A stretch of DNA of 64,000 nucleotides from the NCBI RefSeq assembly GCF_006345805.1, contig NC_043017.1, positions 1,054,001-1,118,000 on the forward strand, written 5' to 3'. The notes under the pieces are model-generated. The model saw only the letters and a list, made by a program, of their open reading frames with translations, was not told the origin of the DNA and made no database searches. Position numbers and translations under genes: made by a program. This document shows, in pieces, positions 14,544 through 29,856 of this stretch. The DNA is from Octopus sinensis (lineage: Eukaryota). The stretch's first letter is position 1; every line of letters starts with the position of its first letter.

Positions 14544-15508
14544 TATGTATAGGTATGTATGCGTATATATGTATATACGTATGTTTGCATGCATGAAGGC
14601 ATATGGGTAGCTAGTTGGTGTTAAAATTCTGGTCGAAACGATTTATCACGGGGTTGCCAAGAGACTATTATACTATTGGTGAGATATTTTAAGTATAAAC
14701 CATAACACGGCAAGACTCACTTCATTCACCGAAATAACACATTATCAACCGTACATAAAATGTCGTGTGTGTATGTGCGTGTGTATGCGTGTGTGTGCGT
14801 GTGTATATGTGTCTGTGTGAGATATATGTGTGTGTATACTTATTCACATATATATGTATATGTATTTATCGATACACATATATTAAGGAATGCACACGAA
14901 TTCACACGCAGAACACAAAAATAATATATACTTATATACACACACACATAAAGTGAAAAAGGGAGAGAGCGCGAATTGGATGGGGAGACAGAGGTAGAGA
15001 CACTTGCATGCATCATAAGTATATAGAGCAATACAGAAACGTACAAATTCCAACCGAATTACACTCACGCATACAAACAAGCATTCACGAAAGTGAACTC
15101 ACATACAAACACAGATATGCGTAAACACCTGCAGGTATATACACAGAGAGCCATCTACACTCATACATACACACACATGGAGAAATACACCAACGTACAA
15201 GTGCACACAGATACACTCACATACAAAATACGCACACAGACACACACACACACAGCCACATATGTGCACACGTGAAGAAGGAGTTTGGGAGAGAGGAGTA
15301 AGATTAAAATGGCGAACTACAATTAAATCTAATTTGAAACCGTCAAAAATTTCATCCCTTTAGTCTTGTTTCTTTCCTTCCTTGCAGCTGTAACTACATT
15401 TGATGTTGCTGCTGCTGAGTATTGTCTTCCTTTGGCTATTATTGTTCTTGTTCTTGTTCTTGCAGTGTCTTTGTTGTTGTTGACGTTGAAATTGTTCTTT
15501 ATTTTCAT

Positions 15509-15555
<47 letters not shown>

Positions 15556-16307
15556 TATTATTATTATTATTATTATACTTTTTATCATTATTTAAATAGT
15601 TTTCTTGTCCCTTTCTACTCTTTATGTTTTGTATTTATATTTTATTTTGTTTTTGTTTTTGAGTATCCACGGTTAATTAATAATGCTTCACATAGTTTCC
15701 CCGAACAAATTAGCGGTAATTAGCAATTACACTTAATGATGAATCCTGCGAAAGTATAAAGGAATGTGGAGGAGGTAGGGAAGATAAATGGGGAATATTT
15801 GAAAGAGGAAATAACAAACTGAGCAAATAAATAAATACATAAAATAGTAATGGAGTATATTCAAATACACATGCGGGCGCGCACACATACATAGACATAG
15901 GTGTATGTGTGTGAAAATTATTTAATTGCTTAGTTTTCTAGTTTGTATTAACAACCAAACCTCAGGCCATGCTGGAGCACCTTTTTGCCGTTGATTTTAT
16001 GCATAGCAGAATAATATAAAACACACACACACATACACCTCCCCCACGTGATGATATATATATAATACACTCAGACAATATATATATATATATATTATAT
16101 ATATATATAATATTTATATATTCCTCTCTCTGATCTCTGTCTTATGGAAATAGAGCCGTTGGGTCCTTGGGGGAAAGTATTAGATAAATGAAAAAGAACG
16201 AATAGCATGGTACCATACGCTGCAGGCAGTAGTTCCGCTCTGTATGCAAGACACCAGGAGCTCCAAAACAACTGTCTTAAAAAGAAAATAGTAATAATAA
16301 TAATAAC

Positions 16308-16368
<61 letters not shown>

Positions 16369-16389
16369 TAATAATAATAATGGAACAGT

Positions 16390-17760
16390 CCTCCCACGTG
16401 ATCTGATATGTCACTTTGTCGTTACAATGACTGTGACGTGGGAAGTCGCGAAGTCGTTGAAGTCGGTCTTACTTTTCGTGTCTCACTAGTCTAATTAAGT
16501 ATAGTGCTATACCGGAGCGGACGTTATAACAGTTCGGCTTTTGATAACAAAAATGGCGACAAGAAATTTACAAACTCACAAGGATTAAACAAACTCACAA
16601 AAGATTTTGTGCGAATTTTACGGTATAGAAAATCGTAAAGGTATGGAAGACTGTTTGGCCGGTTCGCTCGAGTTGGAAAAACAGCAACCACAACAACTGG
16701 AAGAACAACAACATCAACAATTTCTATTACAGCAACAAATACTGCAATTAGTGAATAGTATGACGTCCAAATATTCTGAAAAACGTTCTCACAAGATTAT
16801 GTTCCTAACTCAAAAATATAATTTCTATATGAAGCAGACGAAGGTGTTACCTTGGAAGTGTATCACAGAAGATGGGAAGAGATCTTCAATGAAGAGTGCA
16901 AAGATTGGAATGACGATACGAAAACTCGTCTAATCCTATGAAAACTGGTATCAGGAGAACATGAGCAATATAGATATTGCGTACTCTTGAAAACAATCTG
17001 GCATAAAATTTAGAAATACAATAGACATATTGTATGAATTTACTAGCGAGAAAATCTCGTTGAACCTCTAAAAGAAGAACGTGGAAGACTACATCACAGA
17101 TGTTGTTAGAGTTAACAGAGTATGTGAAAGGTTCAAACTAGACGAGTTATTGCCAGACATATTCAAGAGCCTGATATTTACTCAGTTACCAAATACAGAA
17201 ATAGGTGCAGAAGTAAGAACAAGAATTCTCGCTCAGCTGGAAGAAAAGTAAGATGTAACCTTACAATAAGTGTTAGAAGCGTGCGAAAGATTAGTAAAAT
17301 TTAGAAACGACCCAAAGCAAATTGAACATAAAGATTCATCTCAAGTGAAACATGTATGGCGGAAAATACAAAACAGGGACAATAGAAATTTAATGTAAAC
17401 TAAAATACAGTACATATAGGACGAAAATCAAGAAACAAACTCACGAATTTAATCACTATAAGGTATATTATAACTTTATTCGAATACTATTATTATGAAA
17501 TTTAATATGAATACTTATAATCATTTAAGATGAAATAGAAATAATATAATTTTGAATTTATAACTTTGATTCATCTACGAATATAGTACTATAGTTTAAT
17601 ACTTCAGATAAATATATTTTAGTATTTCTAAATATTAATCTAAATCGAGACAATTAAATTATATTTTATATGCTACAAAATTTATTTAGTAATACAATGG
17701 AACATTATAACTATCCATATTAATATAGTAATTTAAACTTACCAATTATTCAGTTCCAAC
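16390..17760 (+). mobile_element. Ty3/Gypsy relic (LTR end, PBS-like motif, gag; possible protease region)
   Basis: TGGCGAC PBS-like motif at 16554-16560. Gag-like VNRVCERFKLDELLPDIFKSLIF...EVRTRILAQLEEK.DVTLQ.VLEACERL. Many stops. Confidence 0.7.
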
Positions 17761-18047
17761 AAAAATCTTTCTTCAATGACATCAAAACATGTGCATCGCG
17801 TTATAAAGATGTATAAAGATCATAAGCGGAACTGTGTTCATGCATCATCGATGACTTCAAAGCTTTACCATAACATTATGTATGTATTAATTCAATTCAT
17901 TTTGTATCAATTTCTTTATTTAGCAAATATATATTTCTTAATTAATTAACAATCTATTAAGTAAATGTATATGGATTCAAATATATAGGAGATACCCACA
18001 TATACATATAAATACTCTTATAATACACATTCAAATATTGAGATATA

Positions 18048-18078
<31 letters not shown>

Positions 18079-18132
18079 GACATTCACACACACATATGCA
18101 CACACAGATATATATATATATATGTGTGTGTG

Positions 18133-18199
<67 letters not shown>

Positions 18200-18518
18200 C
18201 GATGTATATATAGACAAACATATATAGGTGTATATATGGATATATATAGAGAGAGACATACACATATAGTTATGTATACATAGTCACATTTATACAAACA
18301 TCAATATAGACATACACACATCAACACTCTCAGACGCGCGCAAACACACACATACACACAGATCTACACACATGCACGCATACACAGGAACAGACATACT
18401 AGATACATCATGCATATATTAGTATATATTTACCTCAATATATAAAATAATAAAAATAATAATAATAACAATTAATAATTAACATATACATACACAACGA
18501 CACAACACACACACACAC

Positions 18519-18551
<33 letters not shown>

Positions 18552-18721
18552 TATACATATATGTACACGTATGTACATCCGAATATCTGCATCTATACAT
18601 ATACACATGTAAACATTATATTCAGCATATAAATGTGAGTGTACATTTACCTAATTATATATATAAAAAAATATTAATAACCATGAATCATTAGCATATA
18701 ATTATTTAATATTTCATATAT

Positions 18722-18771
<50 letters not shown>

Positions 18772-18963
18772 TACGTACTTCTCCATATGAAATCACATAA
18801 ATATATTTATACAAAAGAAGCCTATAAAAATGAATTTCAAATAAGTATCTATATAATTATTATTCCTTCCAATTAAAATTATTGATTAATTAAAATAATT
18901 ACAGATAATATGAATAATTATAGCTAATATAAAATATTATTATATTAATGTAATATAATATGT

Positions 18964-19270
18964 TAATAAATTATAATTAAAATATATCAATCATAAATCT
19001 CTACTTCCTTTTAATTATATTATGTTAATAGATTAAATTTAAAATATGTCAATCGTAAATAACCGTTCTCTTTTAATTATATTATAATAATAAATCACAT
19101 TAAAAATATCTCAATCGTAAATCTCCATTTTCCTTTAATTATATTATATTAATAAATTATATTCAAAATATGTCAATCGTAAATCGCAATTTTCTTTTAA
19201 TTATATCATATCATATTTATTGTAATATAATATTATGTTAATAAATTATATGTAAAATATGTCAATCGAA
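18964..19270. repeat. 62-bp AT-rich minisatellite, about 5 diverged copies
   Basis: Unit starts at 18964, 19026, 19088 and 19150 (taataaatta...tcaatcgtaaat...ttaattatatta), plus a partial copy near 19240. Confidence 0.8.
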
Positions 19271-19299
19271 ACTGTGCGTTTGAATTTAATTTGTGTGCG

Positions 19300-19335
<36 letters not shown>

Positions 19336-19688
19336 AAAGATGATATAAAATTATTAACTACGTAATTGTATACATATAGTTTTTTTTTCGCTTATTTTCT
19401 AAGAGAACAGAATTTTAACTTTTTTCAAACTTTTTGGACGACGTAAAACTCATTAATTGCAGCATTTGTTGCTGTAATAATAATTGTTGCTTTTGTTGTT
19501 GTTCTTGCAGTCGTTGTGGTTGCCTGCGTTCACACGTGTAGAGTGCATCCGCTGAGAAGAAAACTTATTCTAGACATTCCTTCTAAACATAATCTCAAAA
19601 ACCGTCTAGCGTCGCTATGAAAATTAAAGGAATTTGTTAGGTCTTCCCTATGTCTCTTTAGCGCGGGCAACGTCGGGTATTTCTGCCA

Positions 19689-19776
<88 letters not shown>

Positions 19777-20257
19777 TCTAGTGTCGCTATGAAAGATGAA
19801 AGTTAAAGGAACTTGTAACGTCACATGATTTATATCTACATAGGGATAAAAAAATGCTAGGGTCAATCAATGTAGTTTAAACACTTTTTCTGGATATGTG
19901 TGCCTCTTCAGTTCATAGGATGTTTGGTAATCTGTGGTTGTTTACAGTGAGTATTTGAATATTATCTTTTACAGTCTCTGGGTGTCTGCGTGAATATGCA
20001 AATGCACACAACCATATACACACAGACATAGGTGCACAGACACAAATACGCACACAGATATATATATATATATATATATATGCATTTGCCCGTGAGTAGG
20101 GGGATGTCCGCATATTTTATTGTGAGATTGTACTTCAGTATGCATTCCCATCTATGTAAAAATACGTAAAAGTAAACAATAGAATACACACATCATTCTA
20201 AGTACACGTGTATAGGAAGGGATGACTGTATACATATATATTTTCAAACTTTCATTA

Positions 20258-20305
<48 letters not shown>

Positions 20306-21072
20306 ATATGACTTTGCGAGTCTGTGTCGGTGTGCATGTATGTGTGTGTATACGTGTATAGACATACATACATATATGGATGTGTGAGTATATATATATA
20401 TATGTATCTATGTATGTATGAATGTGTATGTGTGTGTGCATGTAAATGTATAGTCATATATAGCTACACACGTATACATACATGCATAAATACACATTCA
20501 CAATCAGACGTTTTCTCAGAATATTTAACCATCAACCATATATAGAATTTATACGTCACCAAATGTCCTCCATGTGATTGTACTGCAACGATACCAGTAA
20601 TAATAATAACAACAGCAACAACAATAATAATAATCACAATACCAACAACATCAAGAACAATAATGATAGAAAAAAATAAGCCTAAACGAAACCTGGAGCC
20701 GTTTTAACTAATTTCTGTGGATTCGTTGCTTCGCTTCTTCTTCCGATAATTTCTATTTTTAAAACAGACGCCTTCTTTGAAAGCTTCCTCAACTGTATCT
20801 TCATGAAATTTTAATTAATGAAAACACATTTAGACTATTGTAAATTTTAAATGGCATATTAAGTCAAAGCAAGTGAAACGAAAATAGAATACTACAGATG
20901 CAAACACCGAGTGGAATGGTGATACTTTTGCTTACATTTCTCTGCCTTCTGCTTTATTTTCATGTAAATTTTATATATTTTGATATTTTTCAGATATTAT
21001 TAAAATATTCGCTAAATTGTATAGTTGTTGCTGTAGCTGTAGCTTGTATGTCTACATATGATTGTACGTACG

Positions 21073-21134
<62 letters not shown>

Positions 21135-21252
21135 AATTTGTGCATGTATGAATACTATATGTAGTTATATATATTATGTATATATGTATTTGTTTGTGTT
21201 TGTTTTTGTCTGCTTGTGTGTGTATATCTTCCTACAACACGCACATATGAGC

Positions 21253-21294
<42 letters not shown>

Positions 21295-22050
21295 TAAAAG
21301 AATACAGGAACATTCATCCGTAAACATCTACATATTTATAGTACTTATATATGTTTATTTTTTTGCTGTATGTATGCATGCATATGGGTATGTGTGTGTA
21401 TAAATTAATAAATATATATATCCACCATGTTCTCCTCGCACAACCACCACACTACTACCATTGGCTCAATCCTCGCCACCACCCTCATTACTATTAGCAT
21501 ATCACCACCATCAATGCCATCATCATTCATCACATCTCTCATCACTGCGCCTGCCAATAATAACACATAGAGGCGCGCATGCCTCTATGAGTGTTTTCTG
21601 CCTGTGTGTGTGTGTGTGTTTGCGTGCGTGTCTTATAATTCTTTTCTTTTGGCGCGTGTTTATTGAAGTGAAAATATAATTCAATGACTCCGTTCAATTC
21701 GAATTCAATTTGGAACGGAAATGATGTGGCATCCATGTAGAACACCAATGTATCACCTACAACTATTAAACGCCGCCACCACCGTCACCGCCGCCACAAC
21801 CACCAGCACTACCAACAGCAACAACAGCACCCTGACCGGCACCCTGACCGGTACCTTAACCAGCATAAACTGCACTGCCAGCACCATCATCACCACAATC
21901 TGTACCGGTACCAGCAAAACCGCCCCCACCACCTCCGATCCCTCCACCGCCACCACCACCACCACCACCGCTGCCACCACCTCCGCCATCACATTAAAAT
22001 TACGCATCAAAATGACGACACAGCAGCATATATATTATATTATATTATAT

Positions 22051-22120
<70 letters not shown>

Positions 22121-22953
22121 CACAACTTAGGTTAGTTGTAATATGTTTGTCACATATTTCAACTGCTAAAAGCAAATACACTGCAGTTACCTGGGAGAAA
22201 AAAATCTGTCTTATGGAAAAAGGTGTGAAAACACCTATTTCGTTCAGTGTCGCCATTTGTTAATAATCGCAGATATCGGTGTTTCGAGTTTTTTTACTCT
22301 TGTCAATGAGATGTAACTAAGAGCTGCAACTCTGAACGAACTAAACAAATCTTGTAGCAATATATATATATATATATATATAATTCAGTCAACACGTTGT
22401 CTGATTGACGCTAGTCGATGGTCTTAGGAGATATAACAGCACTGAGCAAAGGAATGCACATTGGAATCGAAGCCGAGACTAAAGGGATGAATGCGAGATT
22501 TTTAACTAACAGTGCCTGCTTGCCACTTCGCTATACCTGTTGTTGCATATAAAGATGAAAATGTCTTCGGAGCAAGTTACGAAATTCATTAAAAGTGCTC
22601 TGAAAAAGTGTTTCACAATTTCCTGCTATCTTTCTTGACACTTGTCAGTCTTTCTCTAAAGTAAATATTTATCGCAGGCGTTTCATTCCACAGTTGCTGA
22701 TATTCTCGTAAACTGGTTGTTTTGCTCTCATAATTCTAAAGAAAGATCTCTTTTGTGAAATGCATCTTTTGTATTACATAATTCTATTATGCTATCTAAA
22801 TAATAATCAGCATTTCCAATTGTACTTTTTGCATTTATGTTTTCCATTATTCGTATTAACTCTAATTTTTTACTTGCATTTTTCTTCGTGTTTTTCACTT
22901 GTACATCACCTCCTTCACTTCCGCTCCATACTCCTTCTCTTCTCTTCTCTTCT

Positions 22954-23050
22954 CTTCTTCTTCTTCTTCTTCTTCTTCTTCTTCTTCTTCTTCTTCTTCT
23001 TCTTCTTCTTCTTCTTCTTCTTCTTCTTCTTCTTCTTCTTCTTCTTCTTC
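22954..23050. repeat. (CTT)n microsatellite
   Basis: Pure CTT run of about 100 bp; the source of the poly-F/S/L/E ORFs. Confidence 0.95.
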
Positions 23051-23662
23051 ACTAATCCTCCTCTCCACCTTTCTTTTCTCCTCCGCTACTCCACATTTTC
23101 TGCAGCATCTTGTCCGCCTGCTCCAGCCACACCTCATCCTCCACTCCACCCTTCCCCTCCTCTCCTCCCCATCCTCATCCACCCTCCCCTCCTCCTCTTC
23201 CTACTCGTTCCTTCTTGTTCTACTCATCCTACCCATCGTCTTCTATTTTCTTCCCACTCTCCATTCCCTTCCCTTCAACATTTTCCATTCCACTTCTTCG
23301 TATTTCTTTACATTTTCGTTTCCTTAATACTTTACCTAAACTTATAAACTACAAGAATCAATATTCCACATTACAACTATTTCAAATCGTACTTCCCCGG
23401 AGACTGAAAGGATTCAAAAATAGAACATAGGTGACTTATTCATATAAAAGTACAGTAACGGATCGTATGAATCCAGTTTGAAAGCAACATGGTGTAAATG
23501 CTCTTGTATATATGTGGGCGTATGAATTCGCTGAGAGACTCGTTAATATATTCTAGGTTTAGGAACCTTGAATTCAAAAGCCGTTTATTAATAAAGTATA
23601 TAATTGTAAAAGTGTAATGGGAAGAAATTAATGTAATACGAAGAAATAAAATAAAATAAAAA

Positions 23663-23853
23663 CAGGCGTGGTTGTGTGTAAGAAGCTTCAACCAGGAACT
23701 ATTTTGTTCCGGGTTGAGTCTCACTGCGTGACATATTGGTAATGTGGCTTCTACTATAGCTTCGGGCTGACCAAAGCCTTGTGAATGGATTTTGTAGACG
23801 GAAACTGAAAGAAGCCTATCGTATGTATATGTGTGTGTGTGTGTGTCTATGTT

Positions 23854-23884
<31 letters not shown>

Positions 23885-24088
23885 CTTTGTGTCTGTGTAT
23901 GTCCTCACTCTATCGCTTAATAATCGATGTTGGTGGGCTTGGGCAGCGTAAATTAGCGGTTCCGCAGAAGAGACAAATAGAATAAGTGCCAGGCTTACAA
24001 ATAACATGTCCTGATGTCGACTTCTTTGAGTAAAAGTCGGTGTTCCAGCATGGCTGCAGACAAATAACTGAAACAAATGAAAAATAAA
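23663..24088 (+). mobile_element. Composite SINE: 5' module, internal (GT/AT)n, 3' module
   Basis: Same layout at 29977-30392 (+) and 34123-34505 (-). Confidence 0.7.
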
Positions 24089-24339
24089 CCCCACAATACA
24101 TGGCTTCTTAGCCACACAGCTATACGTGTATAGGGAATATATTTTCTAGCTACAGTTCGTAACTGGTGACTAGACATACAATAGTTTTACTATTTTATGT
24201 AATCGGAAAAAATAACTTATTTGAGTTAATTTTAGATATCCTCAGACAATATAGCATAATATCATAGAAAATGGAACACGCAGCTAAAAACTGGGAAATT
24301 AAACTGGCAACTAATACAGAAGCGAGCGTATTATCGGGA

Positions 24340-25330
24340 TTCCATAAATACGGATTTATGGAATCCTGATTAAATGCCCACTACTGTATTAGCTGCGTGC
24401 TTGATCTTCTATGATATTAAGCCATATTGTCTGAGGATGTGGTAAACTATCTGAAAATATATTTGGCAATTAAATAACAGAGCAAAACTACAGTATGACA
24501 CTCATGGCTCCTAGAATACCTCGAGATATTTGGGATTGCTCAGAATGTTGTCTAGCTCCTCAAAAAGAGTATTCCAAAATGGAGAACTATACTGACATCG
24601 TGCTAAGATAAGCTCGGTGAAATCAACAATAAGTAGGGGAATATTCCAAGGTGATACACTCCCACCACTGCTATTCATGGTCGCCGTTATCACTCCTACA
24701 TTGACCATGAGAGATGTTAAACCATGCTACGGATTTCGATGTGTTGAGATAATAACCCGCCTCCTGTTTATGGATGATCTGAAATATGTTGCCGAAAGTG
24801 AGGAAGGTTTAGATTCACAGTTAAAGGTAGAGGCTGTTGGAGGTGTGAGCGATAGCATAGACATGAAGTCTGGAAGACATAAATGTACTATGCTTGTGAT
24901 AAAGAGAGGAGAATATCCAAGTCAGGACGGAAGGAGACGGAGACCGGTCTGATATCCGTAGAAGACTGGTTAGAGATGTAAAAACCAGAAAGACCTATTT
25001 CAGGTGTCAGAGGAGGGGATAAAAGAGCTACGGAAACGACAACAGAATAAAAGAAAAGAAGACAAGAGAAACGAGAAACAACAATTTGGGGGAGAGAACG
25101 ACACGGCCAGCATCTCAGAAAGACACAAGACATCGATGCAGAGGAGACTCGTCTATGGCTGAATAGTGAAGATCTTTAAGAAAGAAAAAGAGGGCTCCCT
25201 AACGGCTGCTCAAAACCAGTCTTTGCGGACGAATGGCATTAAGGCTAAAATAAACAAATCCGTGAAAAGGGCAAAGTGCAGAGAATATGACGAGAAAGAG
25301 GAATCTGATATGCACATAAGTTCCTGTTGT
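24340..25330 (+). mobile_element. RT relic of an RLE-type (R2/R4 group) non-LTR retrotransposon
   Basis: WLLEYLEIFGIAQNVV, RGIFQGDTLPPLLF, LLFMDDLK, HKCTMLVIKRG and KKEKEGSLTAAQNQSLRTNGIKAKI, with stops and deletions. Confidence 0.85.
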
Positions 25331-25684
25331 TTCTTGCGAACATAGCCCACAATTCAGCATTGCCCGGACACTGAACGAGTGCGTGCAGAATGGTTTCATC
25401 ACACTAGGTGCCCCACAGACAAGCTCGTTTGGCAGTATATCTGATCCCTGTCTGTAGAGTTTATCTCAAACCGGTTACGTCCCCGGTAGCACTGCCAGGC
25501 AAAGGACATCTTGAAATTATCCATGATAGTTTCCGACCGGAAGTTCTCCGTAACAGACAAGCCAGTTCTACGAGAAAGTTATCGCACTTCCCCGCTATTA
25601 ATCCACTATAAATTTCTGAAGCGGAACATCAGCCGATCTCATTGTCCGACTGGTAGCGGGCTGTGAGCGCCTGACGACACAAAC

Positions 25685-25721
<37 letters not shown>

Positions 25722-26738
25722 TAGTAATAATAATAATGATAATAATAATAGTAGCAGTGTTTATAGTACTAGTAGTATTAGTAGTGGTTGTAGCAATAGT
25801 AGTAGTAGTGTTAGTTGTTGTTGTAGGAGTTGTTGTAGTAGTAGCAACAGTAGTAGCGACCGACAACATCATCATACACATCAGCGCCATGAACATCGTC
25901 TTCATAACCATCAACGAGGTTATCATCATTATCACCACAGCGGCCGCCGCCGCCACAAAATCCATCACCATCACCACCACCCACACCACCACCATTACCA
26001 CCACCACCACTGCAATCATAATGAACTTAATGAATGATAATGAGGATCACCATCATCATGAATATTTACCATTGTGGCCATAACATTCTTCCGGAAGTTA
26101 AACTAATTATAACAGAAAACAATACAAACGCAGTCATAATATAAAAAATAAAACAAAACAAAAACTGTTGCAGAATATTTTAAAAGAATTTCAAGAAAAC
26201 GAAATAAAAACGACAGCAACAACAACAAAAACAACGGTAGAAGCAGAAACAACAAAAATAAAAACAGTAACAAAATGAAAATAAAATACTAAACGAAAGA
26301 ACCAACGTTATTTCCAAGTCAGTTCTTTATACAAACGCGAAATGTATATTATACAGTGTGTGTATATTAGTGTGTGCATTTGTGTGTGCGTTTGTGCCTG
26401 TCTTTGTTAATATATGTGTGTGTGTGCATCTTTGTATATGTCACTGTGCGGTTTGCACGTGGGTTCGTGTGTGTGTGTGTGCGTGCGTGCGTGTGTGCAT
26501 GTGTGTGTGTGCGCGTATGTATGTCTTTCTTTGCGAATGCCTCTGTGCTTGTGTGATTTCCTCATTTCAATTCTCATGTAGACCTTTTTTTTAATTCCTT
26601 TCGGATTTGATATATTTTGTTGCCTTCTTTCCTAAGAACGTTCTTCTTCTTCTTCTTCTTCTTCTTCTTCTTCTTCTTCTTCTTCTTCTTCTTCTTCTTC
26701 TTCTTCTTCTTCTTCTTCTTCTTCTTCTTCTTCTTCTT

Positions 26739-26769
<31 letters not shown>

Positions 26770-26795
26770 TTATTATTATTATCATTATTATTATT

Positions 26796-26826
<31 letters not shown>

Positions 26827-26835
26827 TTATTATTA

Positions 26836-26868
<33 letters not shown>

Positions 26869-26873
26869 GTATA

Positions 26874-26917
<44 letters not shown>

Positions 26918-27067
26918 TTAATATTATTATTATAATCATTATCATTATTAGTATTAGTTTTTCATTGTACAAAGAAAGTCAAATATATTTATCTTTCATT
27001 ACTTTATATGTGAGATGCACGCAAAAGGAAATCGAAGGTAAATCTAGTTTTTTTTCCTAAACGGTAA

Positions 27068-27134
<67 letters not shown>

Positions 27135-27983
27135 GAATTAGTAATATTTGCTGTTGTTGTACTTGTAAGAATTGCAATAGTAGTAGTACTTACAATAGAA
27201 TTAGTATTATTATTTGTATGTTTTGTTATTACCATTAAGAAAATTCCTTACATTATTAGAATTTCTTTTTTTTTTTGTAAATATCTCTTATGTTCTCTTT
27301 ATATAATTTTTTCCCTCATAATATTATTGAGGTTCAACAAGTTTCTGTTACAGGTAGGAAGCATAAATACATATGAATAAAGAAATAATTTAATTAAAAG
27401 CAAGAAATGAATTTTCTATTCCTATCTAGCACAGCTGCAGCTTTATAGCTTAGTAAACAGGGTGAAACAAATTTCGTTCTTTCTTTGCTTTACCTCCTAT
27501 CGATTCAAAGCTAGTAACGATTTCTTTGTCACATCTAATGAAATACGATTGTAATTCAGTTTTGTTCACCTTAACAGAAATACTGTGAATTTTCTTAGAA
27601 TTCCACGTTGAGGTTTGTTGATTTCTTTTTTAGCATCTTACTTAGTTAACAATCTACAAACCACCTCTGTCACTAACAACAAGACCACCTCCAAACCACG
27701 AAGAAAATATGTATAGCCATCTTTGCACTGGTATTCTTCGTGCCATGCGTCTTCTAGTTACTTTTGTTTATTGTCTTATGCATATTTCTTCTTCTTCTTC
27801 TTCTTCTTCTTCTTCTTCTTCTTCTTCTTCTTCTTCTTCTTCTTCACCTTCTTCTTCTTCTTTTTCCTCTTCTTCTTTTCCTCTTCTTCTTCTTCTTCTT
27901 CTTCTTCTCCTTCTTCTTCGTCTTCTTCTTCTTCTTCCTCTTCTTCTTCTTCAGTAATAATGATAATGATAATGACGACGACG

Positions 27984-28015
<32 letters not shown>

Positions 28016-28160
28016 AATAATAATAACAATAATAATAATAATAATAATAATAATGGTGATGTTTATGAATAGGGTGAAGATAATAATGCTTTCTTATATT
28101 TAACGCCTTCACCACGAACAACAACAGCACTGATAATAATAATGATAATAATAATAATAA
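25685..28160. repeat. Cluster of compound trinucleotide microsatellites (TAA, TAG, CAT, CTT, AAC, CAC)
   Basis: Blocks at about 25685-26050, 26640-26960, 27068-27135 and 27786-28160. Confidence 0.9.
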
Positions 28161-28169
28161 AAAACGTAT

Positions 28170-28730
28170 TATCAGCAGCTAGGACAAAAGACAGAACAAG
28201 CTAAGGGAAAGAAATGGAATTACGTGGCCAATACACGCAACAAATCGAAGATGTTAGAAGTAAAGAAAACTGGTTCTTGGGGAGAGGGGGAAAACTGAAA
28301 CGAAGTCCAGAACCGCCATTCAGGAAGAAGCTATAAGAACACATCTGATGAAGGCAAAGATCAACAAACCTCTGTCACACACCTAATGTAGAATTTACAG
28401 AAAAGGAGACGAAAGTAGCTATCATTTCTTGAGTGAGTGCAGTGTACCAGCCTGAAATGTGTATAAGGCAGGAATGACTTTAAGGAGTGCATTTGGATGA
28501 TATCCGGGTGTGTCACTGGTTTAAAACTAACAAGAATGCCCTACGAAGGCGAACCAAACGATGTGGTGGAAAATGAGTATTATGGGATATTATAGGACTT
28601 CTCTATAAAGACTGACCATACTAGTTAAGCAAGGAACCAGATATTATTCCCTAATCATATTGAACAAAAAGACAAAACAATTACTGGATAATTCCGAATC
28701 GCGGATGTCTGGCTCTGCATAAGAAATGCT
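28170..28730 (+). mobile_element. C-terminal relic (zinc knuckle region and RLE start) of an RLE-type non-LTR element
   Basis: ELRGQYTQQIEDVRSKENW, IQEEAIRTHLMKAKINK, CRIYRKGDESSYHFLSEC, EPNDVVENE and KTDHT...PDII. Confidence 0.75.
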
Positions 28731-29500
28731 CTGCCTTCATCAGTGGAATATACTCAGATAGCACATAAATAATATATATATATATGCATCTAGACGGGCA
28801 GATAGATAGATGAATTGATAGAGAGACAGATTAGTTGATATAACTGATATTTGGTTCGACATGTATATACTGACACATATATAAACCGCGTAGCAGATAG
28901 AATGAAGCTGACAAAAACAAATAATGAGACCGAGAAATATCGACAGTGATAACTGCAACTTTAAGTATTCAAAGAACTCGGAGGAATATTCCTTGCAGAT
29001 TTTCATTCACTTGTCTGTACAGCGGTTGTAAATTATGTTATTGCGTTTGATGTGGCCATTGTAAATATTATCCATGATTTCAGGGATATTATTGTTTTTG
29101 TTGTTGCTGTTGTTGTTCTTGTTTCTCGTCTTGTATTAAACTTGAAAACTGAAAGCTTGTAATGATACGTAGTACAAAAAGAGTTAGTGAGAGACGCTAG
29201 GAGAGAAATCGAGAAAACGAAAGTAAGTGTATACGAAGAAGAACGGTTGAGGGAGGTGTTGGTCACAGAGTTAATATAGTGTACTGGCATAACGGGAGAA
29301 AATAACAGAGTTAAATTGACAGGAAATGAACTGCAAATGCAGGTGAGCAAACAATAGACCGTGTCATTTACAAATGAAACGTATAACTATATATGATGGG
29401 AGCGCGGATATGATTAGGTATATAGAGAAAATAGGTTGAAACATTAGGCGTAATTATACTTACATATGTGTGTGGGTGTATACACATATATAAACACACG

Positions 29501-29542
<42 letters not shown>

Positions 29543-29595
29543 CATATATATATATATATACATATATACACAAATATATGCATACATACATATGC

Positions 29596-29629
<34 letters not shown>

Positions 29630-29819
29630 ATATATATGTGTGTGTGTATGTATGTACGTATGTATAATATAAATATAGGTATATTTTGCAAATCTGTACG
29701 TTGTATCTGTTCATATATTTCTGTGTATTTGTGCAAACACACACCTCATACAGACATGTATATAGATATTTAGACAGGAGATAGGGGAGAGAGAGAGAGG
29801 AGATAAAGAGAGAGAGAGA

Positions 29820-29856
<37 letters not shown>

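Noticed and set aside
18964-19270. Regularly spaced repeats as a possible CRISPR array
   Set aside because: Whole units are homologous (no unique spacers), the context is eukaryotic and there are no cas genes.
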